Shown in pieces: positions 28,279 through 37,740 of a stretch of 64,000 nucleotides of DNA. Position 1 is the first letter of the stretch; the number at the start of each line of letters is the position of its first letter. The DNA lies in assembly GCA_965277805.1 (NCBI GenBank), contig OZ255842.1, positions 2,624,001-2,688,000 of the forward strand, read 5' to 3'. The notes under the pieces are model-generated. The model did not search any database and was not told the DNA's origin. It saw only the letters and a program-made list of their open reading frames with translations. The stretch comes from Candidatus Lustribacter sp. (GTDB taxonomy: Bacteria > Vulcanimicrobiota > Vulcanimicrobiia > Vulcanimicrobiales > Vulcanimicrobiaceae). Both the position numbers and the translations under genes were made by a program.

Positions 28279-29559
28279 TTACGCGTACAAATCGCGTCGA
28301 GTCGGGGGTATCTTTGCGGGGCCGCCGTTTTCGGTTTTCGCCAATAGGGTTTGGATCAGGCCCATTTGGCCGCGCCAGAAGTTGCTTGCGCTGCCGGCCA
28401 TGTAGATCTTCCAGATGCGGTAGGTGCGCTCGTCGGTTGCGGCGATGATCTCGTCGCGGCGGTTCTCGAGGTTCGAGTACCAGGCGCGCAACGTGCGTGC
28501 GTAGTGTTCGCGCAGGTTCTCCACGTCGCGCACTTCGAAGCCGGCCGCCTCGGCGCCGCGCAGCGTCGTGTCGACGCTGACGAGATCGCCGTCGGGGAAG
28601 ACGTAGCGGTCCATGAAGCCGCTGACGCGATAGCCTTTACCGTCGCGCGATTGCTGCGTGATGCCGTGGTTGAGGAACAGTCCGCCGTCGCGCAGCGCAT
28701 CGTAAGCGGTGCGGAAGTACTGACCCAAGCGCTCGCGGCCGACGTGTTCCACCATGCCGACGCTGACGATCTTGTCGAAGGTTTCGCCGCGCAGGTCGCG
28801 ATAGTCGCGCAACTCGACGCGCACCTTATCGGCGACGCCGGCCTCCGCAATGCGGCGTTGGGCTTCTTCGTGCTGACGGCGGCTGAGCGTCACGCCGAGC
28901 GCCTGCGCGCCGAACTGCTGCGCGGCGCGAATGACCAGCGCACCCCAGCCGCAGCCGATGTCGAGCAGCCGTTCACCCGGGCGCAGGCGCACCTTGCGCA
29001 GAGTATGATCGATCTTCGCGACTTGGGCATCGTCGAGCGTCTGCACGCCGTCGTCCCAGTACCCGCACGAATACACCATGCGCGAATCCAGAAACGCGCG
29101 ATAGAACGCAATCGGCTGATCGTAATGAAAGCCGATCGCCGCCGCGTCGCGTTTCTTCGTATGGCGTTTTCCGCTGAGTTGCACGCCGTCGTCCGTGGCG
29201 GGCGGCGGCTTCGGCAGCTGCAACAGCTGCGCGATCATCTTCGGCAGCGCGAGCCGCCGGAACGCGCCGATCGCGCCCTCCATCGTCTGGATCGCAGCTT
29301 CGATGTCGCCCTCGATGTCGATCCACTTCTCGACGAACGCCCGGCCAGGGCTGAGATCGAGCGGCGGCGCGAACGCGGCGCGCAGCGCAAACGGTTCGTT
29401 GATCTTCAGGGTGAAGAGCGGCGCTTCGGCCGCGTCGATGCGCGTGCCGTCCCACAATTCGATCGCAAAATCACGGGCGAAACGCGGGCCGAACAACGTC
29501 CGCAGAATCGAAAGCGAACGGTCAGCTGAAATATCTTCCCGGCTAACAACGGCTGCCAT
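28279..29559 (-). CDS. Cyclopropane-fatty-acyl-phospholipid synthase family methyltransferase
   Basis: FHYD, MVYSCGYW, LLDIGCGWG, SVGMVEHVG, YVFPDG, HYARTL. Confidence 0.9.
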   Translation of the reverse strand: MAAVVSREDISADRSLSILRTLFGPRFARDFAIELWDGTRIDAAEAPLFTLKINEPFALRAAFAPPLDLSPGRAFVEKWIDIEGDIEAAIQTMEGAIGAFRRLALPKMIAQLLQLPKPPPATDDGVQLSGKRHTKKRDAAAIGFHYDQPIAFYRAFLDSRMVYSCGYWDDGVQTLDDAQVAKIDHTLRKVRLRPGERLLDIGCGWGALVIRAAQQFGAQALGVTLSRRQHEEAQRRIAEAGVADKVRVELRDYRDLRGETFDKIVSVGMVEHVGRERLGQYFRTAYDALRDGGLFLNHGITQQSRDGKGYRVSGFMDRYVFPDGDLVSVDTTLRGAEAAGFEVRDVENLREHYARTLRAWYSNLENRRDEIIAATDERTYRIWKIYMAGSASNFWRGQMGLIQTLLAKTENGGPAKIPPTRRDLYA

Positions 29560-29604
29560 GTCAGGCAAAACCCCAGCAAAGGCCAGCCGGTTCCGTTGTC
29601 ACGC

Positions 29605-29637
29605 AAAGAAAAAGCCGCCTGTTTCCAGACGGCTTTC
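29605..29637 (-). terminator. Intrinsic terminator after metK
   Basis: Minus strand aaagccgtctggaaacaggcggcttt followed by a T-rich tract. Confidence 0.75.
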
Positions 29638-29660
29638 GCAAGGTGTTCCCTCCGTACGTT

Positions 29661-30884
29661 CTACGCGCGGACGAGTTCCTTTTCGACCCCGCCTTTGAGG
29701 CCGGCGGCCGCGCGCAGCGCTTCCGCTTTGTCCGTCTTCTCCCACGGCAGATCGAGGTCGGGCCGGCCGAAGTGGCCGTACGACGCGGTCTGTTTGTAGA
29801 TCGGGCGGCGCAGGTTGAGGTTGTGGATGATCGCTGCCGGACGCAAGTCGAAGTTCGCAGCGACGAGCTCGGCGATTTTCTCTTCGGGGATCACGCCGGT
29901 GCCGAACGTCTCGACCAGCACGCTGACCGGATGCGCGACGCCGATCGCGTATGCGACCTGCACTTCGCAGCGTTCCGCGAGCCCGGCCGCGACGACGTTC
30001 TTCGCGACGTAGCGCGCCGCGTACGCCGCCGAACGGTCGACCTTCGTGGGATCCTTGCCGGAGAAGGCGCCGCCGCCGTGGCGAGCCATCCCGCCGTACG
30101 TATCGGCGATGATCTTGCGGCCGGTCAGGCCGGCGTCACCGTGCGGACCGCCGATGACGAAGCGGCCGGTCGGGTTGACGAAGATGCGCAGGTCGTTGTC
30201 GCGGAGTTCCTTCGGGATGATCTTGTCGATGATCGCCTCGGTGACTTGCTTGCGGATATCTTCGAGCGAGATGTCGTCGTCGTGTTGGGTCGAGATGACG
30301 ACGGCGTCGACCCGCTTGGGCGTGTGGCCCTCGTACTCGACGGTGACTTGCGACTTGCCGTCGGGGCGCAGAAACTTCAGCGTACCGTCTTTGCGCGCTT
30401 TGGCGAGTTGACGCGTGAGATCGTGCGCGAGCACGATCGGCAGCGGCATCAACTGCGCCGTCTCGCGGCAGGCGAACCCGAACATCATGCCCTGGTCGCC
30501 GGCACCGGTCAGCTCGAACGGGTCTTTCTTTCCGCCCTGCTGCACTTCGAACGATTCGTCGACGCCCATCGCGATGTCGGCCGACTGTTCGTCGACCGAG
30601 ATCGAAACGCCGCACGTCGTGGCGTCGAAGCCGATGCCGGAGTGGTTGTAGCCGATGTCCGACACGGTCTGCCGGACAAGCTTCGGAATGTCGACGTACG
30701 TCTTGGTCGTGATCTCGCCCGCCACGTGCACTTGGCCCGTGATGACGAACGATTCGCACGCCACGCGCCCCATGGGATCCTCAGCGAGGATCGCATCGAG
30801 CACGGCGTCGGAGATTTGATCCGCAATCTTGTCGGGATGTCCCTCAGTTACGGATTCAGACGTAAAGAGACGGCGATACGCCAT
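29661..30884 (-). CDS. metK: S-adenosylmethionine synthetase
   Basis: [28 protein letters not shown]. Confidence 0.98.
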   Translation of the reverse strand: MAYRRLFTSESVTEGHPDKIADQISDAVLDAILAEDPMGRVACESFVITGQVHVAGEITTKTYVDIPKLVRQTVSDIGYNHSGIGFDATTCGVSISVDEQSADIAMGVDESFEVQQGGKKDPFELTGAGDQGMMFGFACRETAQLMPLPIVLAHDLTRQLAKARKDGTLKFLRPDGKSQVTVEYEGHTPKRVDAVVISTQHDDDISLEDIRKQVTEAIIDKIIPKELRDNDLRIFVNPTGRFVIGGPHGDAGLTGRKIIADTYGGMARHGGGAFSGKDPTKVDRSAAYAARYVAKNVVAAGLAERCEVQVAYAIGVAHPVSVLVETFGTGVIPEEKIAELVAANFDLRPAAIIHNLNLRRPIYKQTASYGHFGRPDLDLPWEKTDKAEALRAAAGLKGGVEKELVRA

Positions 30885-32294
<1,410 letters not shown>

Positions 32295-32377
32295 TTACGG
32301 TCTTCGATCCGATGACCCCGGCATCCGTTTCAGCCAAGGGGTGGGTTTGCGCGCTATCGCGGGCCAAATGGGCAACC

Positions 32378-32980
32378 ATGGAGTTCGAAACCTACCTCGA
32401 CGCGCTGGCATCGGCCGAACCCACGCCGGGGGGCGGCAGCGCTGCGACCTTGGTCGGAGCCCTGGCGGCCGCGTTGTGCGCGATGGTGGCCCGGATCTCG
32501 CTGACCTCGGCGAAGCTCGCGCCGGTCCATGCGGAGGCCGCGGCGATCGTGGCGGAGGCCGACGATTTGCGTCGCCGGTTTGTCGAACTGCGCCCGATCG
32601 ACGAAGCGGCCTTTCAAGCGGTCGTCGCTGCCCAAGCGATGCCGCGCGCGAACGATGCCGAAAAAGCCGTGCGCCGCAATGCGCTTCAGGCGGCGCTCGC
32701 CGGGGCGGCCGAAGCGCCGCTCCACGCGGCGCAGTTGGCACGCGATGCGTTCGCGCTCACGGCGCGCACCGCGGAGCTCCACAACGCGAACTTGATGAGC
32801 GACGTCGATTGCGCGATGCGCTTCGCGCGCGCCGCCTTCGACGCGAGCGCCGCCAACGTCGAAGTGAATCACCGCTACATCACGGACGAAGCGACGGTCG
32901 CACAACAGCGCGAGCGTCTCGCGGCCCTCGCCCGTGCCGCGCGCGAATTTGAGTCGCGCGCCGCTGCGGCGATCGGTTAG
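32378..32980 (+). CDS. Formiminotransferase-cyclodeaminase C-terminal (cyclodeaminase/cyclohydrolase) family
   Basis: LASAEPTPGGGSAA, NANLMSD, ANVEVN. Confidence 0.88.
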   Translation: MEFETYLDALASAEPTPGGGSAATLVGALAAALCAMVARISLTSAKLAPVHAEAAAIVAEADDLRRRFVELRPIDEAAFQAVVAAQAMPRANDAEKAVRRNALQAALAGAAEAPLHAAQLARDAFALTARTAELHNANLMSDVDCAMRFARAAFDASAANVEVNHRYITDEATVAQQRERLAALARAAREFESRAAAAIG

Positions 32981-32983
32981 GGT

Positions 32984-33223
32984 CTACTCGACGGCAGCGG
33001 GGTCGTTGCTCGCGTCGGAGATCTCGGTGATCTGATCGCCGCCGTGCAACATTTCGACGACGGGCTCGCCGCCTTTTTTGATCGGGTCCGAGACGACGGC
33101 GTAGTGCACGTGTCCGTGACCTTCGTCGCCGTGTGAGTGCAACGTCCCCGCGAGAACGCGGCCGTCGGCAAGGATGAGGCGAATCGGTTTGCCGATGAAC
33201 GGCTTGATCTCAGCGTCGGTCAT
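32984..33223 (-). CDS. Small hypothetical protein, possible Sm/LSm-like fold
   Basis: AAGGAG RBS; FIGKPIRLILADGRVLAGTL. Confidence 0.65.
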   Translation of the reverse strand: MTDAEIKPFIGKPIRLILADGRVLAGTLHSHGDEGHGHVHYAVVSDPIKKGGEPVVEMLHGGDQITEISDASNDPAAVE

Positions 33224-33246
33224 GGATCTTCTCCTTATATAGGTGC

Positions 33247-34050
33247 TTATAAAACGAGATCGAGGAATGGCTTGATGTCGGCTTCATCGACGTCCATGCC
33301 GACCCCGCGCGTATTCCAGCGAATGTCGTGGAAGTCGGAACCGGCGGTCATCACCAGGCCGTTCTTCGCTGCCTTTTCCCGGAAGATCGCCGTCTGAGAC
33401 GCGTTGTGCGTCGGATAGAAGACTTCGAGCCCGTCCAGTCCGTAGGCGATCAGTTCGTCGATGATCTTCTCGTCCTTGAGGCGGCCGGGATGGGCGAGCA
33501 CCGGATGCCCGCCGCTCTGACGAATGATGTCGATCGCCTGTTCGGGGGTGATGTAGTTCGAGGGCATGTAGCCCGGCTTGCCCCGCACGAGCAGCTGGTC
33601 GAAACAGCTCTGGACGTCCTTCGCCAGGCCCTTCTCGATCAGCGCCTTGGCGACATGCGGCCGGCCGAGCGCATCGCCGCCGTCTGATTGAGCCTCGACC
33701 TCGGCACGCGTGAGCGGGTAGCCCGCCGCCGTAAGGTTCTCCGTAATGCGGTCGATGCGCGTGCGCCGGAACTCGCGGTTCTCCGAGATCACGTTTGCCA
33801 GCGGGGTGTCGTCGCCGAGCGGCAGGCCGTAGCCCAAGACGTGCACTTCGTTGTCGTTCCAGGTGGTGTTGATCTCGATCCCCGGCACGATCGTCGCGAA
33901 TTCGGCCACGAATTGACCGTATGCCCGCATCGTATCGTGGTCGGTGATCGAGAAAATACGCACGCTTTTGGCGCGCATCATCGCCACTAATTCTTCGGGC
34001 GCGAGCGCCCCGTCCGACTCGCGCGTGTGCGAGTGAAAGTCGACGATCAC
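33247..34050 (-). CDS. PHP-domain phosphoesterase (TrpH/YciV-like)
   Basis: DFHSHT, SDG, ITDHD, HVLGY, LAHP, GSDFH. Confidence 0.92.
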   Translation of the reverse strand: MIVDFHSHTRESDGALAPEELVAMMRAKSVRIFSITDHDTMRAYGQFVAEFATIVPGIEINTTWNDNEVHVLGYGLPLGDDTPLANVISENREFRRTRIDRITENLTAAGYPLTRAEVEAQSDGGDALGRPHVAKALIEKGLAKDVQSCFDQLLVRGKPGYMPSNYITPEQAIDIIRQSGGHPVLAHPGRLKDEKIIDELIAYGLDGLEVFYPTHNASQTAIFREKAAKNGLVMTAGSDFHDIRWNTRGVGMDVDEADIKPFLDLVL

Positions 34051-34847
34051 GCCAGGCCCCTCAGGTTGATGCGCTTGACGTCCAGTGCCCGCCCCGATGC
34101 GACCTCAACGGTTGCGAGCACGGCGCAAAACTGGCGCGGTCCGGTTTTCTGCACGCTGAACCGTTCGCCATACGCTTGCGTGAACCGTTGCAGCACGCCG
34201 GCCGTCTCCATTCCGATCACGCCGTCGGACGGGCCGGTCATGCCGACGTCGGTGATGTAGGCCGTACCGCCGGTGAGGATCTGCTCGTCGGCGGTCTGGA
34301 CGTGGGTGTGCGAACCGTAGACGAACGAGACTTGGCCATCGAGATAGCGGGCCATGGCCATCTTTTCCGACGTCGCCTCGGCGTGGACGTCGACGACGAT
34401 CACCGGCGTTTGATGGCGCAACATGTCGACCATCTCGCGCGCGACGCGGAACGGATCGTCGACCGTCGGCATGAAGACCCGGCCCATGACGTTGAGCACG
34501 CCGACGGTCACGCCGTCGACCTCGACGATGCCGCTGCCGCGGCCGGGCGAACCGGGCGGATAATTCGCCGGCCGGATGATGCGGTCGGTTTCGTCGAGCG
34601 CGCCGCGGAACTCACGCTTGTCCCAGATGTGGTTGCCGGACGTGATGAAGTCGACGCCGCTCGCGAACATTTCGTCGGCCGTCTGGCTCGTCAGGCCGAA
34701 GCCGCCGGCGGCGTTCTCGCCGTTGGCGATCACGACGTCGACGTGGTGCTGTTCGCGAACCAGCGGGAGATGTTTGGCGAGCGTCTCGCGACCGGGAGCG
34801 CCGACGACGTCGGCAATGGCGAGGATCGAGATATTTTGCTTTAGGAT
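34047..34847 (-). CDS. TIGR00282/YmdB-family metallophosphoesterase; non-canonical start
   Basis: ILAIADVVG (upstream of track start 34733), NGENAAGG, GNHIWD, HAEATSEK, HTHVQT. Confidence 0.88.
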   Translation of the reverse strand: MLKQNISILAIADVVGAPGRETLAKHLPLVREQHHVDVVIANGENAAGGFGLTSQTADEMFASGVDFITSGNHIWDKREFRGALDETDRIIRPANYPPGSPGRGSGIVEVDGVTVGVLNVMGRVFMPTVDDPFRVAREMVDMLRHQTPVIVVDVHAEATSEKMAMARYLDGQVSFVYGSHTHVQTADEQILTGGTAYITDVGMTGPSDGVIGMETAGVLQRFTQAYGERFSVQKTGPRQFCAVLATVEVASGRALDVKRINLRGLA

Positions 34848-35395
34848 CGCGCCCGTGCTTTCGTTCGCTTGGCGGGATGAACGAAGTACACGATCACCCG
34901 CTTTTCCTCACGGACGCCGACCAGGCGCTGCCGCTGGCTCGGATCGCGCAGCGCATCGAGCGCCAACTCGACCGACTCTTCGCTGGTTCCGGCTTCATCC
35001 TCGTCGGCTTCTTCGGCCTGCGGATTGGTCAGCAGCGCGTCGCCGAAGCGCGCGACGAACAGCGACGCCTGCAGCGCCAGCTCTTCGGGCGAGAACGTCG
35101 CAAGGTCGCGGGTCACGTGGATGAACGTGACCTTGACGTCCTGCTCGCAGGTCACCGCGAGCCGTTCGATCGGTTCGCCGCCGAGGGCGTGGAACGACCG
35201 CACGTGTTCGCCGACGAATTCTTCCAGCGCGCGCATCGCCGCCGCGTCGAGGCGCCGGCCGACCGCATAGGTGAGCGTCAGCGTCGCGTCCGCCGGGTTC
35301 GAGCGAATGCTGTGCAGCTCCGGGAAGCGCACCAACAGCGCGACAACACGGTTGACCGTGTCGGCGGACTCGAAGGCGTTGCGCGGGCGGTACAC
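34841..35395 (-). CDS. Hypothetical protein, first gene of the ymdB-like operon
   Basis: 184-aa ORF overlapping the downstream gene start; typical codon usage. Confidence 0.65.
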   Translation of the reverse strand: MYRPRNAFESADTVNRVVALLVRFPELHSIRSNPADATLTLTYAVGRRLDAAAMRALEEFVGEHVRSFHALGGEPIERLAVTCEQDVKVTFIHVTRDLATFSPEELALQASLFVARFGDALLTNPQAEEADEDEAGTSEESVELALDALRDPSQRQRLVGVREEKRVIVYFVHPAKRTKARARS

Positions 35396-35542
35396 TGGTG
35401 CTCTCTCTCTGCTCCGGGGTGGGGGGCCACTATTCAGCCGGGGACTTCCCGGTCACCTCCGGCCCGGTAGCCTCCCCCCTCAATCACTCTTCGAGAGTCC
35501 CCCGCTAGGGAGAAATTTTCACCGTACGGTTGGTCGTTCTAC

Positions 35543-35929
35543 TCAACGGCTCGACCGCGAGCACGCCGCGCACGCCCCGAAAATCATCACGTCGTGGCCG
35601 GTCGCCGTGAACCCCGGGGGCAGCTCGCCGCGGATCTCGCTCGAGCAGCCGTCGAGTTCGTACACGCGCTTGCACTGCGTGCACTCGAAGTGGTGGTGAT
35701 GCGCTTTGCCGGCGCGTTCGTAGAGCGCCGTGCGTCCCGGAATGTCGACGGCGGTGAGCCAGCCTTCATCTAAGAGCGCGCGTATCGAGCGATACACGGT
35801 CGCCCGTCCGAGCGTCGGGAGCGACGCATGCGCGCCTGCCAGAATCTCGTCGGTGCTTAGCGGCCGGCCCGCGCGCTCGACGACGTCGCGGATCGTCCGG
35901 CGCTGCCGCGTGTTGCGCTCGATGCTCAT
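35543..35929 (-). CDS. Fur-family regulator (Zur-like)
   Basis: TRQR, ATVYR, HHHHFECTQC, GACAAC. Confidence 0.9.
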   Translation of the reverse strand: MSIERNTRQRRTIRDVVERAGRPLSTDEILAGAHASLPTLGRATVYRSIRALLDEGWLTAVDIPGRTALYERAGKAHHHHFECTQCKRVYELDGCSSEIRGELPPGFTATGHDVMIFGACAACSRSSR

Positions 35930-36768
35930 CGTACGGGCGAAACCGACGTCGAGCGACGGCGCCGGCGGCCGATCGCAAGTAAGACGAAGAACGCCGCCGT
36001 GGCGACCAGCACGATCGTCGCACCGCTGGCGGCGCCGGCATAGTATGAGATGTAGAGCCCGCCCACGCAGCTGCCGATCCCGATCGCGGTCGAGGTGAGC
36101 AGCATGGGAACAAAGCGCCGCGTCACTTGCGCCGCGGCGGCTGCCGGCGTCACCAGCAGCGCGGCCACGAGAATGATGCCGATCGACTCGAGCGAGATCA
36201 CGATCGTGAGCGCCAGCAGTACCAGCAACATGTTGTCGATGAACACGACCGGGAGGCCCGACGCGCGCGCGACCGTCGGGTCAAACGCGGTGAACAAGAG
36301 CGCGCGGTAGTTCCACGCAACGGCACCGGCGACGATCGCGGCGAGGCCCAAATCGATCCACAAATCGTCCGGACCGACCCCGAGGATGTTGCCGAAGAGG
36401 AAGTCCTGGAGGTCGACGGTCGAGGTGCGAACCTGGCTCATCAAAAACACGCCGAGGGCAAAAACTCCGGTAAATATGACCCCGATCGCCGTATCGAGCG
36501 AGACGCGGCCGCGCCGGTTGATGTAGCCGATGCCGAGCGCGGTCAGCACCGCGACGACCGCCGCACCGAGTTCGAAGTTCAGTCCGCGAATGTAGGCGAT
36601 GACGATGCCGGCAAACGAAGCGTGCGCGACGCCGTCGCCGATGAACGAGAGCTTGCGCAACACGACGTAGGTTCCGAGCGTCGAACACAGGCCGCCGACG
36701 ACCAGCGCCGTGACGAACGCGCGCTGCATGAAGTCGTAGTGGAAGGGTGCCGTGAGAGCGTCGATCAC
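35926..36768 (-). CDS. Metal ABC transporter permease (ZnuB/MntB-like)
   Basis: FMQRA, GDGVAHA, DFLFGNIL, GIILVAALLVTPAAAA; GTGA coupling. Confidence 0.92.
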   Translation of the reverse strand: MIDALTAPFHYDFMQRAFVTALVVGGLCSTLGTYVVLRKLSFIGDGVAHASFAGIVIAYIRGLNFELGAAVVAVLTALGIGYINRRGRVSLDTAIGVIFTGVFALGVFLMSQVRTSTVDLQDFLFGNILGVGPDDLWIDLGLAAIVAGAVAWNYRALLFTAFDPTVARASGLPVVFIDNMLLVLLALTIVISLESIGIILVAALLVTPAAAAAQVTRRFVPMLLTSTAIGIGSCVGGLYISYYAGAASGATIVLVATAAFFVLLAIGRRRRRSTSVSPVR

Positions 36769-37667
36769 TTGAGCGCCGTGACGATCGTGGTGGTGTCGGT
36801 CTCGAGCATCGAGATGTAGTCGCGCGTCTGGGGTGAGGTTCCGACCGAGTCGTCGTAGAGCATCGCGACGTGCGGAATGCCGGCGCTGCGCGCGACCGCG
36901 TTGACCAGCTTCACGTTGTACTCCGGCTCGGTGAAGATCGCGCGCACGTGCGCGGCGCGCGCGGCGTCGATCAGCTGCGCGAGATGACCGGCACTCGGTT
37001 CGCTGCCGGGAACTTCTTCGATCGCGCCGAGCGTGCGCAAGCCGAAGCGCTTGTTGTAGTACAGCCACGCGTTGTGGAACACGATCATGTTGCGGTTGGC
37101 CGGCGGAATCGTCGCGATCTGGGCGGCGATGCGCGCACTCAACGCGACCAGCTGTCCATCGAGCGCGGCCGCGTTCGCGCGGTAGGTTTGCGCGCCGCCC
37201 GGATCGGCCGCGATCATGCCGTCACGCATTTGCGCGACGTAGTGCCGCGCGTTTTGCGGATCGAGCCACAAATGCGGGTTCGCATCGACGATCTGCAAAC
37301 CGGCGCTGCAATCGACCAGCGGCGTTTTGGTGGCGCCCGAACGCAGCAGGGGCCTGAGCCAGGCCTCGAGGCCGGCGCCGTTTTCGAGGATCAGACCGGC
37401 ATCGTGCGCCCGCACGATGTCGGTTGGGCTCGGCTCGTAGGTCTCGGGCGAAGCCCCGACCGGCATCAGGGAGGTGACGACCGCCCGGCCATGCCCCACG
37501 ACCGAGGCCAGCGAGGCCAGCAACGTCGTCGTAGCCAGCACATCAAGATGCCCCACCGCCGCGGCCCCCGAATCCGCGGGCCCTGAAGCCGCGGAGCCGC
37601 CGCAGCCCGCGAGAGCGAGCGCGGCGGCCAGCAGAACCCCTCGCGTCAGGCCTGCCCAGGGCGCCAC
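36765..37667 (-). CDS. Metal ABC substrate-binding lipoprotein (ZnuA/TroA-like)
   Basis: LAGC lipobox, SPETYEP, NPHLWLDP, FHNAW; start approximate. Confidence 0.9.
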   Translation of the reverse strand: MAPWAGLTRGVLLAAALALAGCGGSAASGPADSGAAAVGHLDVLATTTLLASLASVVGHGRAVVTSLMPVGASPETYEPSPTDIVRAHDAGLILENGAGLEAWLRPLLRSGATKTPLVDCSAGLQIVDANPHLWLDPQNARHYVAQMRDGMIAADPGGAQTYRANAAALDGQLVALSARIAAQIATIPPANRNMIVFHNAWLYYNKRFGLRTLGAIEEVPGSEPSAGHLAQLIDAARAAHVRAIFTEPEYNVKLVNAVARSAGIPHVAMLYDDSVGTSPQTRDYISMLETDTTTIVTALK

Positions 37668-37691
37668 GTCATCCTGAGCTTGTCGAAGGAT
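37668..37691. repeat. Short REP-like repeat copy
   Basis: GTCATCCTGAGCTTGTCGAAGGAT. Confidence 0.6.
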
Positions 37692-37710
37692 CGCCACCAA
37701 AGCCGCTTCG

Positions 37711-37740
37711 TTATTGCGACTGACTTCTCATTTTCAATAA
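37711..37740 (-). promoter_or_regulatory. Fur/Zur box-like operator
   Basis: TTATTGAAAATGAGAAGTCAGTCGCAATAA; AT-rich with inverted ends, just upstream of the SBP-permease-Fur operon. Confidence 0.65.
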
